Virus record (IMG/VR): IMGVR_UViG_3300025603_000008
DNA length: 64,000 nucleotides
Origin: an uncultured virus (IMG/VR IMGVR_UViG_3300025603_000008)
Taxonomy: Duplodnaviria; Heunggongvirae; Uroviricota; Caudoviricetes
Reading direction: 5' to 3' (one strand)
Positions within the stretch are counted from its first letter, which is position 1, and each line of letters opens with the position of its first letter. This document shows, in pieces, positions 50,054 to 59,175 of the stretch. The notes under the pieces are model-generated. The model was not told where the DNA came from. It ran no database searches and was given only the letters and a program-made list of their open reading frames with translations. A program made the position numbers and the translations under genes.

Positions 50054-50410
50054 ATGGCACACGAAATCACATTCACAGCAGAGCGCGTAAGCGTAAAAGA
50101 AACAATAATCATCTTGTTTAACTGCCAAGTATCATCAGAAATCGAAGACGCGGAGGCGGTGAAATCAGCAATATCTGCAGCCCTTAAACAGTGGGCAAAA
50201 CAGTCCGCTGAAGCCAAGACTACCCTTAATTACACGGAAGGGGGCTTTAATTTCGCAGACCTAGCAACTGTTAACATAGACAACGGCACAGACCTTCTCG
50301 TATTTTTGCGGAAGGAAGGAATCTTTGACATTAAAACTCAAACAATCTCTGGAGAAACAGCCTTTTCACTCGATACCATTCTGATGGGCGGAGATAATCT
50401 CGACGCATGA
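50054..50410 (+). CDS. hypothetical protein
   Basis: Motif-led. Confidence 0.75.
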   Translation: MAHEITFTAERVSVKETIIILFNCQVSSEIEDAEAVKSAISAALKQWAKQSAEAKTTLNYTEGGFNFADLATVNIDNGTDLLVFLRKEGIFDIKTQTISGETAFSLDTILMGGDNLDA

Positions 50411-50485
50411 TAGCGTTCACCAGTAAAAACAAGGAGTGGAAAGTGATTTGGAGTTGTAGCAATCTAAAGGTGAAATGAAAAAAAG

Positions 50486-50557
50486 TCATCCATACGGGGC
50501 TCGAACCCGTGTTAATGCCTTGAAAGGGCATCGTCCTAACCACTAGACGAATGGATG
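50486..50557 (-). tRNA. tRNA-Glu(UUC)
   Basis: CATCCAT/ATGGATG acceptor, ATGCC-CTTTCAA-GGCAT, ACGGG-TTCGAGC-CCCGT. Confidence 0.85.
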
Positions 50558-50558
50558 A

Positions 50559-50635
50559 TGGTACTCCGTGTCGAATTCGAACCGACGTCATCGACTTTGA
50601 AAAAGTCGCATTCTTGACCACTAAACTAACGGAGC
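50559..50635 (-). tRNA. tRNA-Glu(UUC), encoded CCA
   Basis: GCTCCGT/ACGGAGT acceptor, CGACT-TTTTCAA-AGTCG, TTCGAAT loop. Confidence 0.85.
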
Positions 50636-50809
50636 ATATAAAAAAACCAAACACAAAAAAAGCTCTCCCGTTTCTGGAAGAGCTAAAAAAATGATTGTTT
50701 GTATTACATCACATCACAGCACGACCAGTCTCAAGAGTCTCCTCCTGTTCCTGTTCAACTATGTTTGTCATGTTTTTCATCAATCTGTAATTTGTGCCTT
50801 TCGGCGTTG

Positions 50810-50882
50810 TAGCAGGAGCGTGACTCGAACACGCGACCTCTGGGTTATGAGCCCAACGAGCTACCAACTGCTCCATCCTGCA
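50810..50882 (-). tRNA. initiator tRNA-fMet(CAU)
   Basis: 1:72 mismatch, GGG/CCC anticodon stem, CTCATAA loop. Confidence 0.9.
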
Positions 50883-51004
50883 ATGTTTTGCATATCAATA
50901 AATACAAGGCAAAAATAGAAACTACCTTCCATATACACAAGTTTTTTTTAATCTTTTTTAAACTATTATCTCATCCTACTGATTATCAAAGGCTCATACA
51001 TAAT

Positions 51005-51430
51005 ATGAATGCACCAAAAGACGGATATATTTTACCTTTATGGGATGGAAAAGGCTTCTATCGAGCTACAGCTCAAGCCTATTTGAAGCAAACAACTGCG
51101 CTTTCTGTCGAAAACCGCGATGGCAACTGGTACAACCTGAAACAGATTGAAGACTCAATGGTTACCCTGTTCTCATCCCAGCTAAAACAATTAAAAATTA
51201 TGGAAAGAAGTCATCTTCAAAACCTAATTAAAATTAGGAGAGGTTCTTACAAAAAGGGAACGCAAGGACACAAAACTTTAATGTTTTTTAGAAACAGCGA
51301 CACCTACAAATTAACATCACACGAAAAAATAATTAGTTACAATTCAAAAACTGATACTTTTAGTGTAGGTTCGCTTACACTTGCCCATAACGTTAAGGCT
51401 ATGGTTAATAAACTTTACTCATTGGTTTGA
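51005..51430 (+). CDS. hypothetical protein
   Basis: Start set by motif 50971. Confidence 0.65.
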   Translation: MNAPKDGYILPLWDGKGFYRATAQAYLKQTTALSVENRDGNWYNLKQIEDSMVTLFSSQLKQLKIMERSHLQNLIKIRRGSYKKGTQGHKTLMFFRNSDTYKLTSHEKIISYNSKTDTFSVGSLTLAHNVKAMVNKLYSLV

Positions 51431-51449
51431 GATAGTTGAACCTAATTAA

Positions 51450-51845
51450 TGCTAACGTTTAGTATATGGTTTTGTAAGCCACTGCGGAAATTTACAAATT
51501 AAAAACGAAAATTAATTAGGCTTATAAACTATAAACAGTGTTGTATGCCGTTATTTTAAAAGATATGGAACGTAAATTTAATAAAGATGAAATGGTTGGT
51601 TGGAAGTCAAATACGGACTTTACAAAAGAAAATAAAAATAAACCCCCACAAAAAGTTATTGCATACCAAAAATGCATTGACGGAGAAGGTTGGGAATATA
51701 AAATTACAAATTATATGGGGTGGCAAATGCAACACGAATTAGAGCTGAGAGCTTAATGGCATACGGTTAGTGCGCCTACCACAAATGATTGAATTAATCA
51801 CCGACCTAGCTTGGCGCATTAACTATATAAAATGTTGTGTGCCGT
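51450..51845 (+). mobile_element. integron-cassette-like unit: attC-like hairpin, ORF, degenerate attC-like hairpin
   Basis: TGCTAAC...GTAAGCC/GGCTTAT...GTTGTATGCC, ORF, GGCATAC...GTTAGTGCGCC/GGCGCATTAAC...GTTGTGTGCC. Confidence 0.5.
51565..51756 (+). CDS. hypothetical cassette-like protein
   Basis: Between attC-like sites, no class I motif. Confidence 0.6.
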   Translation: MERKFNKDEMVGWKSNTDFTKENKNKPPQKVIAYQKCIDGEGWEYKITNYMGWQMQHELELRA

Positions 51846-51918
51846 TAATTTATAGACATAAAGCAATAACGGACAAAGGATAATTCATCCTAAGTCACAA
51901 ACTAGACTCATAGGAATT

Positions 51919-52137
51919 ATGAAAGAGAAAATTAAATCTATAGCAGCATTTTCGGTAATGGTTATCACGATTGTAATTGCAATTATATTCATGCTATTTT
52001 TTATTTATTCTTTTGCTACATATGTTTCTTCAGGTATAGAAGAAGGGGTTGAGCTTTATGATTTGCATAAAGAGAAAACTGAATTAGAAGTAAAAAAACT
52101 CTTGAATGGTTCACGCAATGGGGAAATGGAGAACTGA
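51919..52137 (+). CDS. single-TM protein
   Basis: Motif-led, hydrophobic helix. Confidence 0.7.
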   Translation: MKEKIKSIAAFSVMVITIVIAIIFMLFFIYSFATYVSSGIEEGVELYDLHKEKTELEVKKLLNGSRNGEMEN

Positions 52138-52351
52138 AAAAAGCGACCACCCAATAGCAAAATTGTTATTAAAAAAAGGATATACTCAATTTGAGTATGG
52201 TGGGAATCAATTTAAAAACCAATATAGTGGTTGGTGGGTTGAGTCTGAGGAACACGAAGAATTAAACGGTAAATTTTTAGGTTGCAATTTGAAAGATTCT
52301 ATTTGGAGTTTAAAAAACACTAACGATATACCTGAAACAAAACCATCCTAA
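52118..52351 (+). CDS. hypothetical protein
   Basis: Overlapping ORF, stop in motif 52343. Confidence 0.65.
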   Translation: MGKWRTEKSDHPIAKLLLKKGYTQFEYGGNQFKNQYSGWWVESEEHEELNGKFLGCNLKDSIWSLKNTNDIPETKPS

Positions 52352-52396
52352 AAACCGAATCCAACTCATACCAAGTGAACCATAAAAAGAGCAGCA

Positions 52397-52852
52397 ATGT
52401 CAGACGAAACGAAACACATGAATTGGGAAGAGTTTGTAGAGAAATTCAAGCCAGTTTTCAATCACATCGAAGCAAAGAGAAATCCCTCTCCAGACCCAGA
52501 AAGTTGCTGCTCAGTCAACGGGCGTATGTTCGAGACCAATTGTGACCAAGAGGACTTCGTAAGAACCCACCCAGAGAATCAAGTGTGGACGGTATTGTTC
52601 AACGACGATAACGAATACGACACATTCCGAGACAACTATACTTGTGAAGATTGCCACGCTCCAGTAGAAGGAGAAGAGGTAGACGAAGAAGACCGTGAGC
52701 AATGTTGTTGTGGAAAATCAGAAGCAAAAGCATTAGAAGCAGGGCTTGAGCCTTACCTCCCAATCGTTAAGGGATACCATTGGGTAAACCGAAATGGATA
52801 CATCGTAACGGAGAAGCCGTGGAATGATGAAACTAATGATGTCCAATACTAA
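52397..52852 (+). CDS. conserved phage protein
   Basis: FET...VWT...GYHWVNR.GY.VTEKPW. Confidence 0.75.
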   Translation: MSDETKHMNWEEFVEKFKPVFNHIEAKRNPSPDPESCCSVNGRMFETNCDQEDFVRTHPENQVWTVLFNDDNEYDTFRDNYTCEDCHAPVEGEEVDEEDREQCCCGKSEAKALEAGLEPYLPIVKGYHWVNRNGYIVTEKPWNDETNDVQY

Positions 52853-52879
52853 AACCATCTAATCAATCACACCAATCAT

Positions 52880-53209
52880 ATGAAAAATAAGTGGCTAGTA
52901 TCCCCAGAAGATGACCTTCTGAAAGTTATGGACATCAATGAGAGTCCAAACGTCGACCAAGAATTCAAAGATATCCTCAATGCGATGTTGCAATCTGAGT
53001 TTGTAGAGGACATTAGTCCTTATGTGTCTGAATTTGCGTTTGGTACTGAGTTTGTCGCCTCTCCCTTCGCTCTCCTAGAAGCAGCAGAAGCTGTTGATAT
53101 GCTGGACAAAGAAGATACACCAGAGAAGCTGGGTTTTATCACAAAACTCAAAAGCCTTGTCAGTTTCTGTGAGGAGCAAAAAGTGAACTACGTGAGATTC
53201 TCAATCTAA
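52880..53209 (+). CDS. acidic hypothetical protein
   Basis: ORF. Confidence 0.7.
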   Translation: MKNKWLVSPEDDLLKVMDINESPNVDQEFKDILNAMLQSEFVEDISPYVSEFAFGTEFVASPFALLEAAEAVDMLDKEDTPEKLGFITKLKSLVSFCEEQKVNYVRFSI

Positions 53210-53268
53210 TTCTCATCCTGAATTTGCGTTCAGACTCATGGGGGGTGTAATCATAAATTATACTCCCC

Positions 53269-53871
53269 ATGAAACTTTTAGAAAAACCCCAATGGTATGC
53301 TCGTGTTAGCGGAACCGTTAAATGTATCAAGAAAGACACAACAGGCACAGCAATGCATTTCCCGCTCAACGTTGGCGGAATCTATCTTAAATCTAAAGAT
53401 GGACAAAGAGACTTTGTTCTCGACCCTTACCAAACAGAATACACCATAGCAGAGAACGGCGACATTGAATTCCAATGCCGACTGGAAAGCGTCCCTGAAG
53501 AGTTTGAAGACTACAAGTTTGACTTGCTCGTTGAAGACATCAGAGAAGCACGTGCTGAATTTTTCAACCCTGTAGATGATGCAGGCGATGGAGTTTACCA
53601 CGATGATACAGGCGAATTCACAATAGAGTTTTACTTTCAAAACGAACCAAGCATCCAAATCAGAGCGTTTCAAGAGGATTCAAGCGACTTCCGCAGGCTT
53701 ATGACGGTTAGGCGAGCTTGGACGCTCCAAGACTACACAGAAGCATACGGAGACGGCGAGTGGGAAACAATCCCAGCCACAGCTGAAGAATGCTGGGAGC
53801 GAATGGATGAACACATCGCCCAGACCTATGACGAAGGATTAATTAAAAATTGCCTGGAAGATGAATGGTAA
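53269..53871 (+). CDS. acidic hypothetical protein
   Basis: Motif 53213 upstream. Confidence 0.75.
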   Translation: MKLLEKPQWYARVSGTVKCIKKDTTGTAMHFPLNVGGIYLKSKDGQRDFVLDPYQTEYTIAENGDIEFQCRLESVPEEFEDYKFDLLVEDIREARAEFFNPVDDAGDGVYHDDTGEFTIEFYFQNEPSIQIRAFQEDSSDFRRLMTVRRAWTLQDYTEAYGDGEWETIPATAEECWERMDEHIAQTYDEGLIKNCLEDEW

Positions 53872-53955
53872 TTTTTCATCCCAGGTTCCCCGCCTGACTC
53901 ATTAGCGATACCCAATACAAACCCAATACAAACCCAATACCTAAATATACTCCCC

Positions 53956-54367
53956 ATGATTAAACAAATGATGATTATCCTCTCGTACAACGAGGAAGAC
54001 CTTAAGGAAGTACATCTTGAAAGCCATGAAGACCTTGAAGAATTGTCTTGCCGTGTCTGAACTGGTCTGGGCAGAACAGTCTGGCGTATCTGTCAGCGAA
54101 GTCCTTATAGAGGACATGGACGCATCCAGCGGCTTCGGAAACATCCACAAGTTAGCAGCATCTGAAAAGAAGATAGCTATCCTATGGGGTCTAATAGACA
54201 TCCAAGATACCTGTAAAGAGAACTATGAAGTGGAACTAACCGACGAACAAGCCTTAGAGGTTCTAGAGATTGTCGACCACAGGCATGACGCATCAATAGG
54301 AATCAACTGGGATGTGCTGGACGTTCATATTCAAACGTACCTCGAAGACCACAACCTTATTAAATAA
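53956..54367 (+). pseudogene. probably frameshifted gene (ATG 53956 frame, then 54017 frame)
   Basis: Leader tatactccccATG shared with 53269. First frame stops at about 54060 while another frame continues. Confidence 0.45.
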
Positions 54368-54384
54368 CCCAACCCCCAATACCC

Positions 54385-54702
54385 ATGAATACTACCAAAC
54401 TCAAAGTCCTCTTGGAGGCACTAAAGAAAAACGTGAATTGTGACTGGCAAGAAAATGACCCAGCAGAAGAATTCCAAGCCCTAGCCGATATGCTGGAGTC
54501 AGCTCTAAGCACAACTGACCGAGACAAAGCCATCGAGCGCCTAGGACATTATGTATCAGAGGATGATGTAGAAGAAGCATACGGCAAACTAACTGCACAA
54601 GCAGAGATTGACGGAAGCGTAAGTGCGGACGACATCATTTGTATCTGGGAGCCGCTGGAATTCAAATACACAGTAGACCAGCTACTCGACGAAGTGCATT
54701 AA
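54385..54702 (+). CDS. acidic hypothetical protein
   Basis: ORF followed by terminator 54711-54744. Confidence 0.7.
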   Translation: MNTTKLKVLLEALKKNVNCDWQENDPAEEFQALADMLESALSTTDRDKAIERLGHYVSEDDVEEAYGKLTAQAEIDGSVSADDIICIWEPLEFKYTVDQLLDEVH

Positions 54703-54864
54703 GAAACCGAAAAGCTCTCAGCAAGAAATTGTTGGGAGCTTTTTCATCCCACATCGGGGGTTCTACTCATTTCTTGTGAAACCATTCAACTCAGGCTTTT
54801 TTTATTTGTTGCTTGATTTTTCATCCTACAGATTTAATGAGACTCATTAAGTATATCATCTAAT

Positions 54865-55140
54865 ATGAAAACTATGAAAAAAGTACAATTAAAAGTTGAA
54901 ATTGAATTCAAAGATTCAGTTTCAGAATCTAAAATATCTGAAATCACAGCTAAAGTAGCAAGAGGTATTGTTTCACAAGCCGTAGACACTTCTGAGGGAC
55001 TTGCACCCGATGATGATGAAACCTATACCGAAATGATTGTGGTTCAGCACGAAAATGGTGTAAAATCAGTTGCAGGAATTTCAATTCAAGGAATTGAAAT
55101 TCTTACTACAGATGAAAACGGAGACGAAAACATCTCCTAA
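54865..55140 (+). CDS. hypothetical protein
   Basis: Motif 54821 upstream. Confidence 0.7.
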   Translation: MKTMKKVQLKVEIEFKDSVSESKISEITAKVARGIVSQAVDTSEGLAPDDDETYTEMIVVQHENGVKSVAGISIQGIEILTTDENGDENIS

Positions 55141-55231
55141 ACAACTTGTCATAATGACAATAAAAAGAGGTGGGTTTTTCATCCCACCAACTCTCCCTCA
55201 CTTATACAAGCCGAACGCAAAATCAAACCAC

Positions 55232-55816
55232 ATGTATAAAGGAATCGAAATTCAGTTTGCAAACCTCAAAACTCTTGAGGGACGAGATGGGCTTATTATC
55301 CAAGCCGACATTAAATATAACGGCAAAAAAATAGCAACCTATCGTGATGATGGACACGGCGGATGTGTAGACATTGACGCTATAGGCTCCATTGACAAAG
55401 ATAAGGATGGAAACCACCAAAAGTCTAAAGCGCTTATCGAGAACCGTGCATTGCTCATTGAGTTACAAGAAGAGTTCGCAAAGCTTCCAAAAGTTAAGTC
55501 TTCACACGCAAGCATTTTATCTGAATTTGAAGACTGCATAGAGTACGCAATGGACGACTTCATCAACGAACGCGAACTGCTCAATGATGCCAAAAAAGGA
55601 ATCTTGACTCAAGAAGCCGAGGGCTCCTCAGGATACTCCATCATCAAATTCAAAGCGGGGTCAATCACGTCAATGCTAAAGAAGTATACAAAGCCACAAG
55701 TTATTCAGCTGCTTGAGAAAAACATTAAGCAGGAAATAGAGGATGATAAGCACATCCTTGCACAAGACTACTACATTTCCATCGGTGTAAATCCCGAAAT
55801 ATTCACCAAAGCGTAA
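55232..55816 (+). CDS. conserved phage protein (DG.GG motif)
   Basis: First ATG after motif 55179. Confidence 0.75.
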   Translation: MYKGIEIQFANLKTLEGRDGLIIQADIKYNGKKIATYRDDGHGGCVDIDAIGSIDKDKDGNHQKSKALIENRALLIELQEEFAKLPKVKSSHASILSEFEDCIEYAMDDFINERELLNDAKKGILTQEAEGSSGYSIIKFKAGSITSMLKKYTKPQVIQLLEKNIKQEIEDDKHILAQDYYISIGVNPEIFTKA

Positions 55817-55878
55817 CCTTTTAGGAATTCAAACGTATATTTAAATTAGTCAATAATCAATCCATAAATTCATTCACC

Positions 55879-56727
55879 ATGAACACAGAAAACACAACAC
55901 CACCTTACAAAAAAGCAGCCCTCAAACCTCTCGACAAGTTTGTCGTTGAAGCAGGGTTCAATGTCCGCCTTGATATGGGTGACATCAAAACCCTTGCTGC
56001 ACAATTGGAAGCAGCTTACGCAAAAGACCCTTATAGCATCCCTGCTATTCGTGGACACAACGGTGCATCAGGAACAGTTATTGTTACTGATGGGCATCGA
56101 AAACTTGCAGCTGCAAAACTCGCAGGAATCCCAACTCTCCCTTACTTGCCGTTCTCCTCAGATATTTTGGAACGAACCGTAGCTATGGCTTCGTTGAACG
56201 CAGGTAAAGATTTGAACGAGATGGAGAAGGCTCGATTGATTCAACGAATCACAACCATCTTGAAAGAACGCAGTCCAAGCATTTCTGAAAAAGAAATTTG
56301 CACTTTCTGTACTGAGTCCATTGGTTGCTCTCAATCATCTTACTACAACTACAAAGCACTCTTGAACGAGAATGTATCTGTGGATGTGCAAGACTTGGTT
56401 GCTGAGGGTAAAGTGTCTTCTACAGTCGTGCGAAACCTTTCAAAGCAAGTGAAAGACCCTGCCGAGTTGACAAAAACAATCTTCGGACTGGTTAAAACTG
56501 CACAAAAAGCTGTTGAATCAGGCACGAAAGCACCCGCAAAAGTGAAGCCGTCCTCAGCTATGAAGGAATTTCAACATCTCCCTGTGAGCAAAAAAATTGA
56601 ACAGTTCGCTGTTGAATTGCTTGACTCTCCCTCAGAAAAAGGACAATTTATCTTGAAAGTTATCACCCAACTTCAAGACAAGGAAACAACTCTTGAGAAA
56701 ATTGTGGCTCAGGTGAATGCGGAGTAA
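55879..56727 (+). CDS. ParB-like protein (ParB N-terminal domain + HTH)
   Basis: GFNVR, VTDGHRKLAAA, LN.GK.L...EKA. Class II promoter at 55813. Confidence 0.8.
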   Translation: MNTENTTPPYKKAALKPLDKFVVEAGFNVRLDMGDIKTLAAQLEAAYAKDPYSIPAIRGHNGASGTVIVTDGHRKLAAAKLAGIPTLPYLPFSSDILERTVAMASLNAGKDLNEMEKARLIQRITTILKERSPSISEKEICTFCTESIGCSQSSYYNYKALLNENVSVDVQDLVAEGKVSSTVVRNLSKQVKDPAELTKTIFGLVKTAQKAVESGTKAPAKVKPSSAMKEFQHLPVSKKIEQFAVELLDSPSEKGQFILKVITQLQDKETTLEKIVAQVNAE

Positions 56728-56742
56728 TCCTTGATGAGTGAA

Positions 56743-56780
56743 AAAAAGAAAGGCTCTACCAAGTAGAGCCTTTCTTTTTT
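56743..56780. terminator. intrinsic terminator
   Basis: aaaaagaaaggctctac-caa-gtagagcctttcttttt. Confidence 0.85.
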
Positions 56781-56866
56781 AAAACAGCAACTCGTCGAAA
56801 AAGCAATATAAATAATGTTAATAACTTTGTTTAAAAGTTAAGAATGTTATACATTTACTTCAGCAA

Positions 56867-57428
56867 GTGAACTACCCACCCACGCCAGAGGCGATGGGAT
56901 GGGCTTCAGGAGTCAGCACTTTGACTAACGTCAACAGTTCGTCCTGATTTTTAAGAGTGTGTTCCCCACTCAAATTATTTTTTAAAGCAAAAGATTTAAT
57001 ATTTATGGAAGCATTTACATCACGGTCAAGAACAGAAGTACACACAGAACAAGTCCATTCACGGTCTTTAAGTGTGAGTTCTTTGTTTATATTTCCACAG
57101 CAAGAGCAAGTTTTACTTGACGGTGCAAAACGTCCTATTCTTAGGATGTTTTTACCATACCAATCAGCTTTGTATTCTAACATAGTTACAAAAGTTGACC
57201 AACTTACATCGGTAATTGCTTGCGCTAAATTGTGGTTCTTAACCATATTACTTACTGCGAGTGTCTCTAAGCAAATCGTTTGGTTCTCACGAATTAACTT
57301 AGTAGATGTTTTGTGCAAAAAATCTTTGCGTTTGTTTACTACCTTCTCATGTAATAAGGCAAGGCGTTGTTTTGTCCGCTTACATCCCATCCACGCAAAA
57401 GCGATGAATGGGTTTTACGCTCCGTTTT
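56867..57428 (-). mobile_element. internally deleted IS200/IS605-family element
   Basis: Subterminal hairpins at both ends (aaacccattcatcgcttttgcgtggatggg and gcccatcccatcgcctctggcgtgggtgggtagTTCAC). TTTAT next to left end. Confidence 0.8.
56872..57390 (-). pseudogene. tnpB: N-terminally truncated TnpB (RuvC-II, zinc finger, RuvC-III only)
   Basis: DFLHKTST, ICLETL.V.NM, SSKTCS.CG...WTC..C...DRDVNASINI. Confidence 0.85.
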
Positions 57429-57443
57429 ATAAAATTGATTATC

Positions 57444-57917
57444 ATGGCAAGAAATGAGAAACAAAATACTTCTAACCCTCTAATAGCGGGAAGGGCTTAC
57501 TTACGACTAAGAGAGAAAGAAGGAGCAAGTGTGCAAGAGATTGCAGAAGCATTTAGGGTTTCAATTCCAGCTGTATACAAATATATGCAATTAGCTGAGT
57601 GCGATGAGGATGTTCAAAACTCTATTGAGAATGGAGATATCACAGCCACAATGGTAATCTCTATTCTTCATAAGCATGATAAGAAAGACGTTTATGTCGA
57701 AGTTAGAAAAGCAGTAGAGGCAAGGAAACTTGAACAGAAAAAGCTAGGGGATAAAGGCATTTCGAAGATGACAGTAAAGCGTCGATTAAAAGAGCTTACA
57801 AAAGAAATTGATGAACAAAACCTTAATTCACCAAAAGCAGTTTTTTTGAAAGAAATAGCTGAGAAACTTATCTCTGGAAATTCTGTTGAAGAGCTGATTG
57901 GCTTAACATTAGTATAA
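57444..57917 (+). CDS. ParB-type HTH domain protein lacking the N-terminal domain
   Basis: A.....L...G.SV.EIA..F.VS...VY.Y..LA......Q..I..G.I, similar to C-half of 55879. Confidence 0.7.
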   Translation: MARNEKQNTSNPLIAGRAYLRLREKEGASVQEIAEAFRVSIPAVYKYMQLAECDEDVQNSIENGDITATMVISILHKHDKKDVYVEVRKAVEARKLEQKKLGDKGISKMTVKRRLKELTKEIDEQNLNSPKAVFLKEIAEKLISGNSVEELIGLTLV

Positions 57918-58123
57918 GAAAATCAGAATGCACTTAAAGGGACAGGAGAAATCTTTGTCCCTTTTTTCGTCCTAAACTTTTATTCCAACTCATAGAAATT
58001 ATGGCAATAGATTATCCAACAAACAAAAAGGTCAAGAAACAAGCTGGGTTATAATGCGAAGCCAAATCGAAAAACAATTAAAATAATTTTCATCCCAGAG
58101 ATGATAGCTAACTCATAAGCACC

Positions 58124-58576
58124 ATGACGAAATTATTAGACCAAGTATTATACGACGATGCAAAAAAGCATTTTGAGAAGAATGGCATCACTGTTACTGC
58201 TGAAAACAAATCGGCTTTGTTCGATATGTATAAAGCTCACAGGTTAGCAGGGCGCGAGATAGAGCGCACGCATGAATACCTTCGAAGCGCTGTGGATGAC
58301 TTTAACCACCCAGACCAAGAGAAAGCAAACATCAAGGCGAATGCCGCCATTGCGATGCTATCAAACGCACTCAATGGCTCAAGCGTCCTTAGTGATGTTT
58401 TCCAAAAGATGTTCCAATACAACACTGGTCACCGAACACTTGACGGAAACGTCATCAACGAGCTGTTTAGTTTAATCAAATTCATCGCTGAAGACGACAA
58501 GCACTTCTATGTTGATGACAGAAATAGACACGTAAAAGAGCTGTGCAAAGACGCAGTTATGCCATTAAATAGCTAA
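58124..58576 (+). CDS. hypothetical protein
   Basis: Motif-led. Confidence 0.75.
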   Translation: MTKLLDQVLYDDAKKHFEKNGITVTAENKSALFDMYKAHRLAGREIERTHEYLRSAVDDFNHPDQEKANIKANAAIAMLSNALNGSSVLSDVFQKMFQYNTGHRTLDGNVINELFSLIKFIAEDDKHFYVDDRNRHVKELCKDAVMPLNS

Positions 58577-59158
58577 ATGAAAAGACGTAACCTAACATAT
58601 TTCATCACTCTGGCTCAAGCCACAGCTGTGTCCCCTGCTCCTATTCAACAGGACGCATGGGATAAGCTTGTGGAAGCGCTTAATGATATTCTTCATCCTC
58701 ACAATACTCCTTTGGATATATGTGGGCAGAGGAATGAAGGCAGAGTACTGCTGGAGGCGAACGCCGTCAGCTTCTCTCCAGTTGACCATGAGGCAGGAGG
58801 AGACTTCTCCCTCAAGAGAGTTGGCAGCAGGATTGTGACAAGAGTCAAATCCAAGTGCGACGAATATGATATTCTCGTTGGAGCCTGCTTGTTAGCTATA
58901 AAAAAATACATTCCACAGGCGACCGTGTCACACACAGGAGGAGTGAAAGCATGGGATGCATCCATTAAGTATTTTCAGTACGCTGTTGATGTCCCTGTTC
59001 CAGTTGTTTACCCAGCTCAAGCAAGAACGGTGTGTATTGATTTCGAATGGGACTCCAGTGCACCTGCCGAAGATTGCGCATCTGTATTGGAGGATATCCG
59101 AGCGTTGCTCGCAGGAACTGCTAAAGGCGTGGTTATTCGATTTGATAAACCAGAATAA
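58577..59158 (+). CDS. distant paralog of 44929
   Basis: ICG..EG......V.F...YD..V.A.L.A.K...P.A.VS. Confidence 0.7.
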   Translation: MKRRNLTYFITLAQATAVSPAPIQQDAWDKLVEALNDILHPHNTPLDICGQRNEGRVLLEANAVSFSPVDHEAGGDFSLKRVGSRIVTRVKSKCDEYDILVGACLLAIKKYIPQATVSHTGGVKAWDASIKYFQYAVDVPVPVVYPAQARTVCIDFEWDSSAPAEDCASVLEDIRALLAGTAKGVVIRFDKPE

Positions 59159-59175
59159 ATTAACCATATTTGGTC

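Noticed and set aside
53909..53941. 11-bp tandem repeat acccaatacaa as a functional element
   Set aside because: Short slippage repeat in a leader, with no other evidence of function.
56872..57390. Active TnpB/Cas12-like nuclease
   Set aside because: It lacks the N-terminal domains and RuvC-I, so it cannot be an intact nuclease.
19385..57443. Longer ORF-track starts (e.g. 19385, 20031, 26662, 32348, 35795, 36380, 40382, 40731, 49415, 50888, 55070, 57408)
   Set aside because: The extensions run through promoter motifs (HPNSPFELI-type peptides) or IS ends, so downstream ATGs were used.
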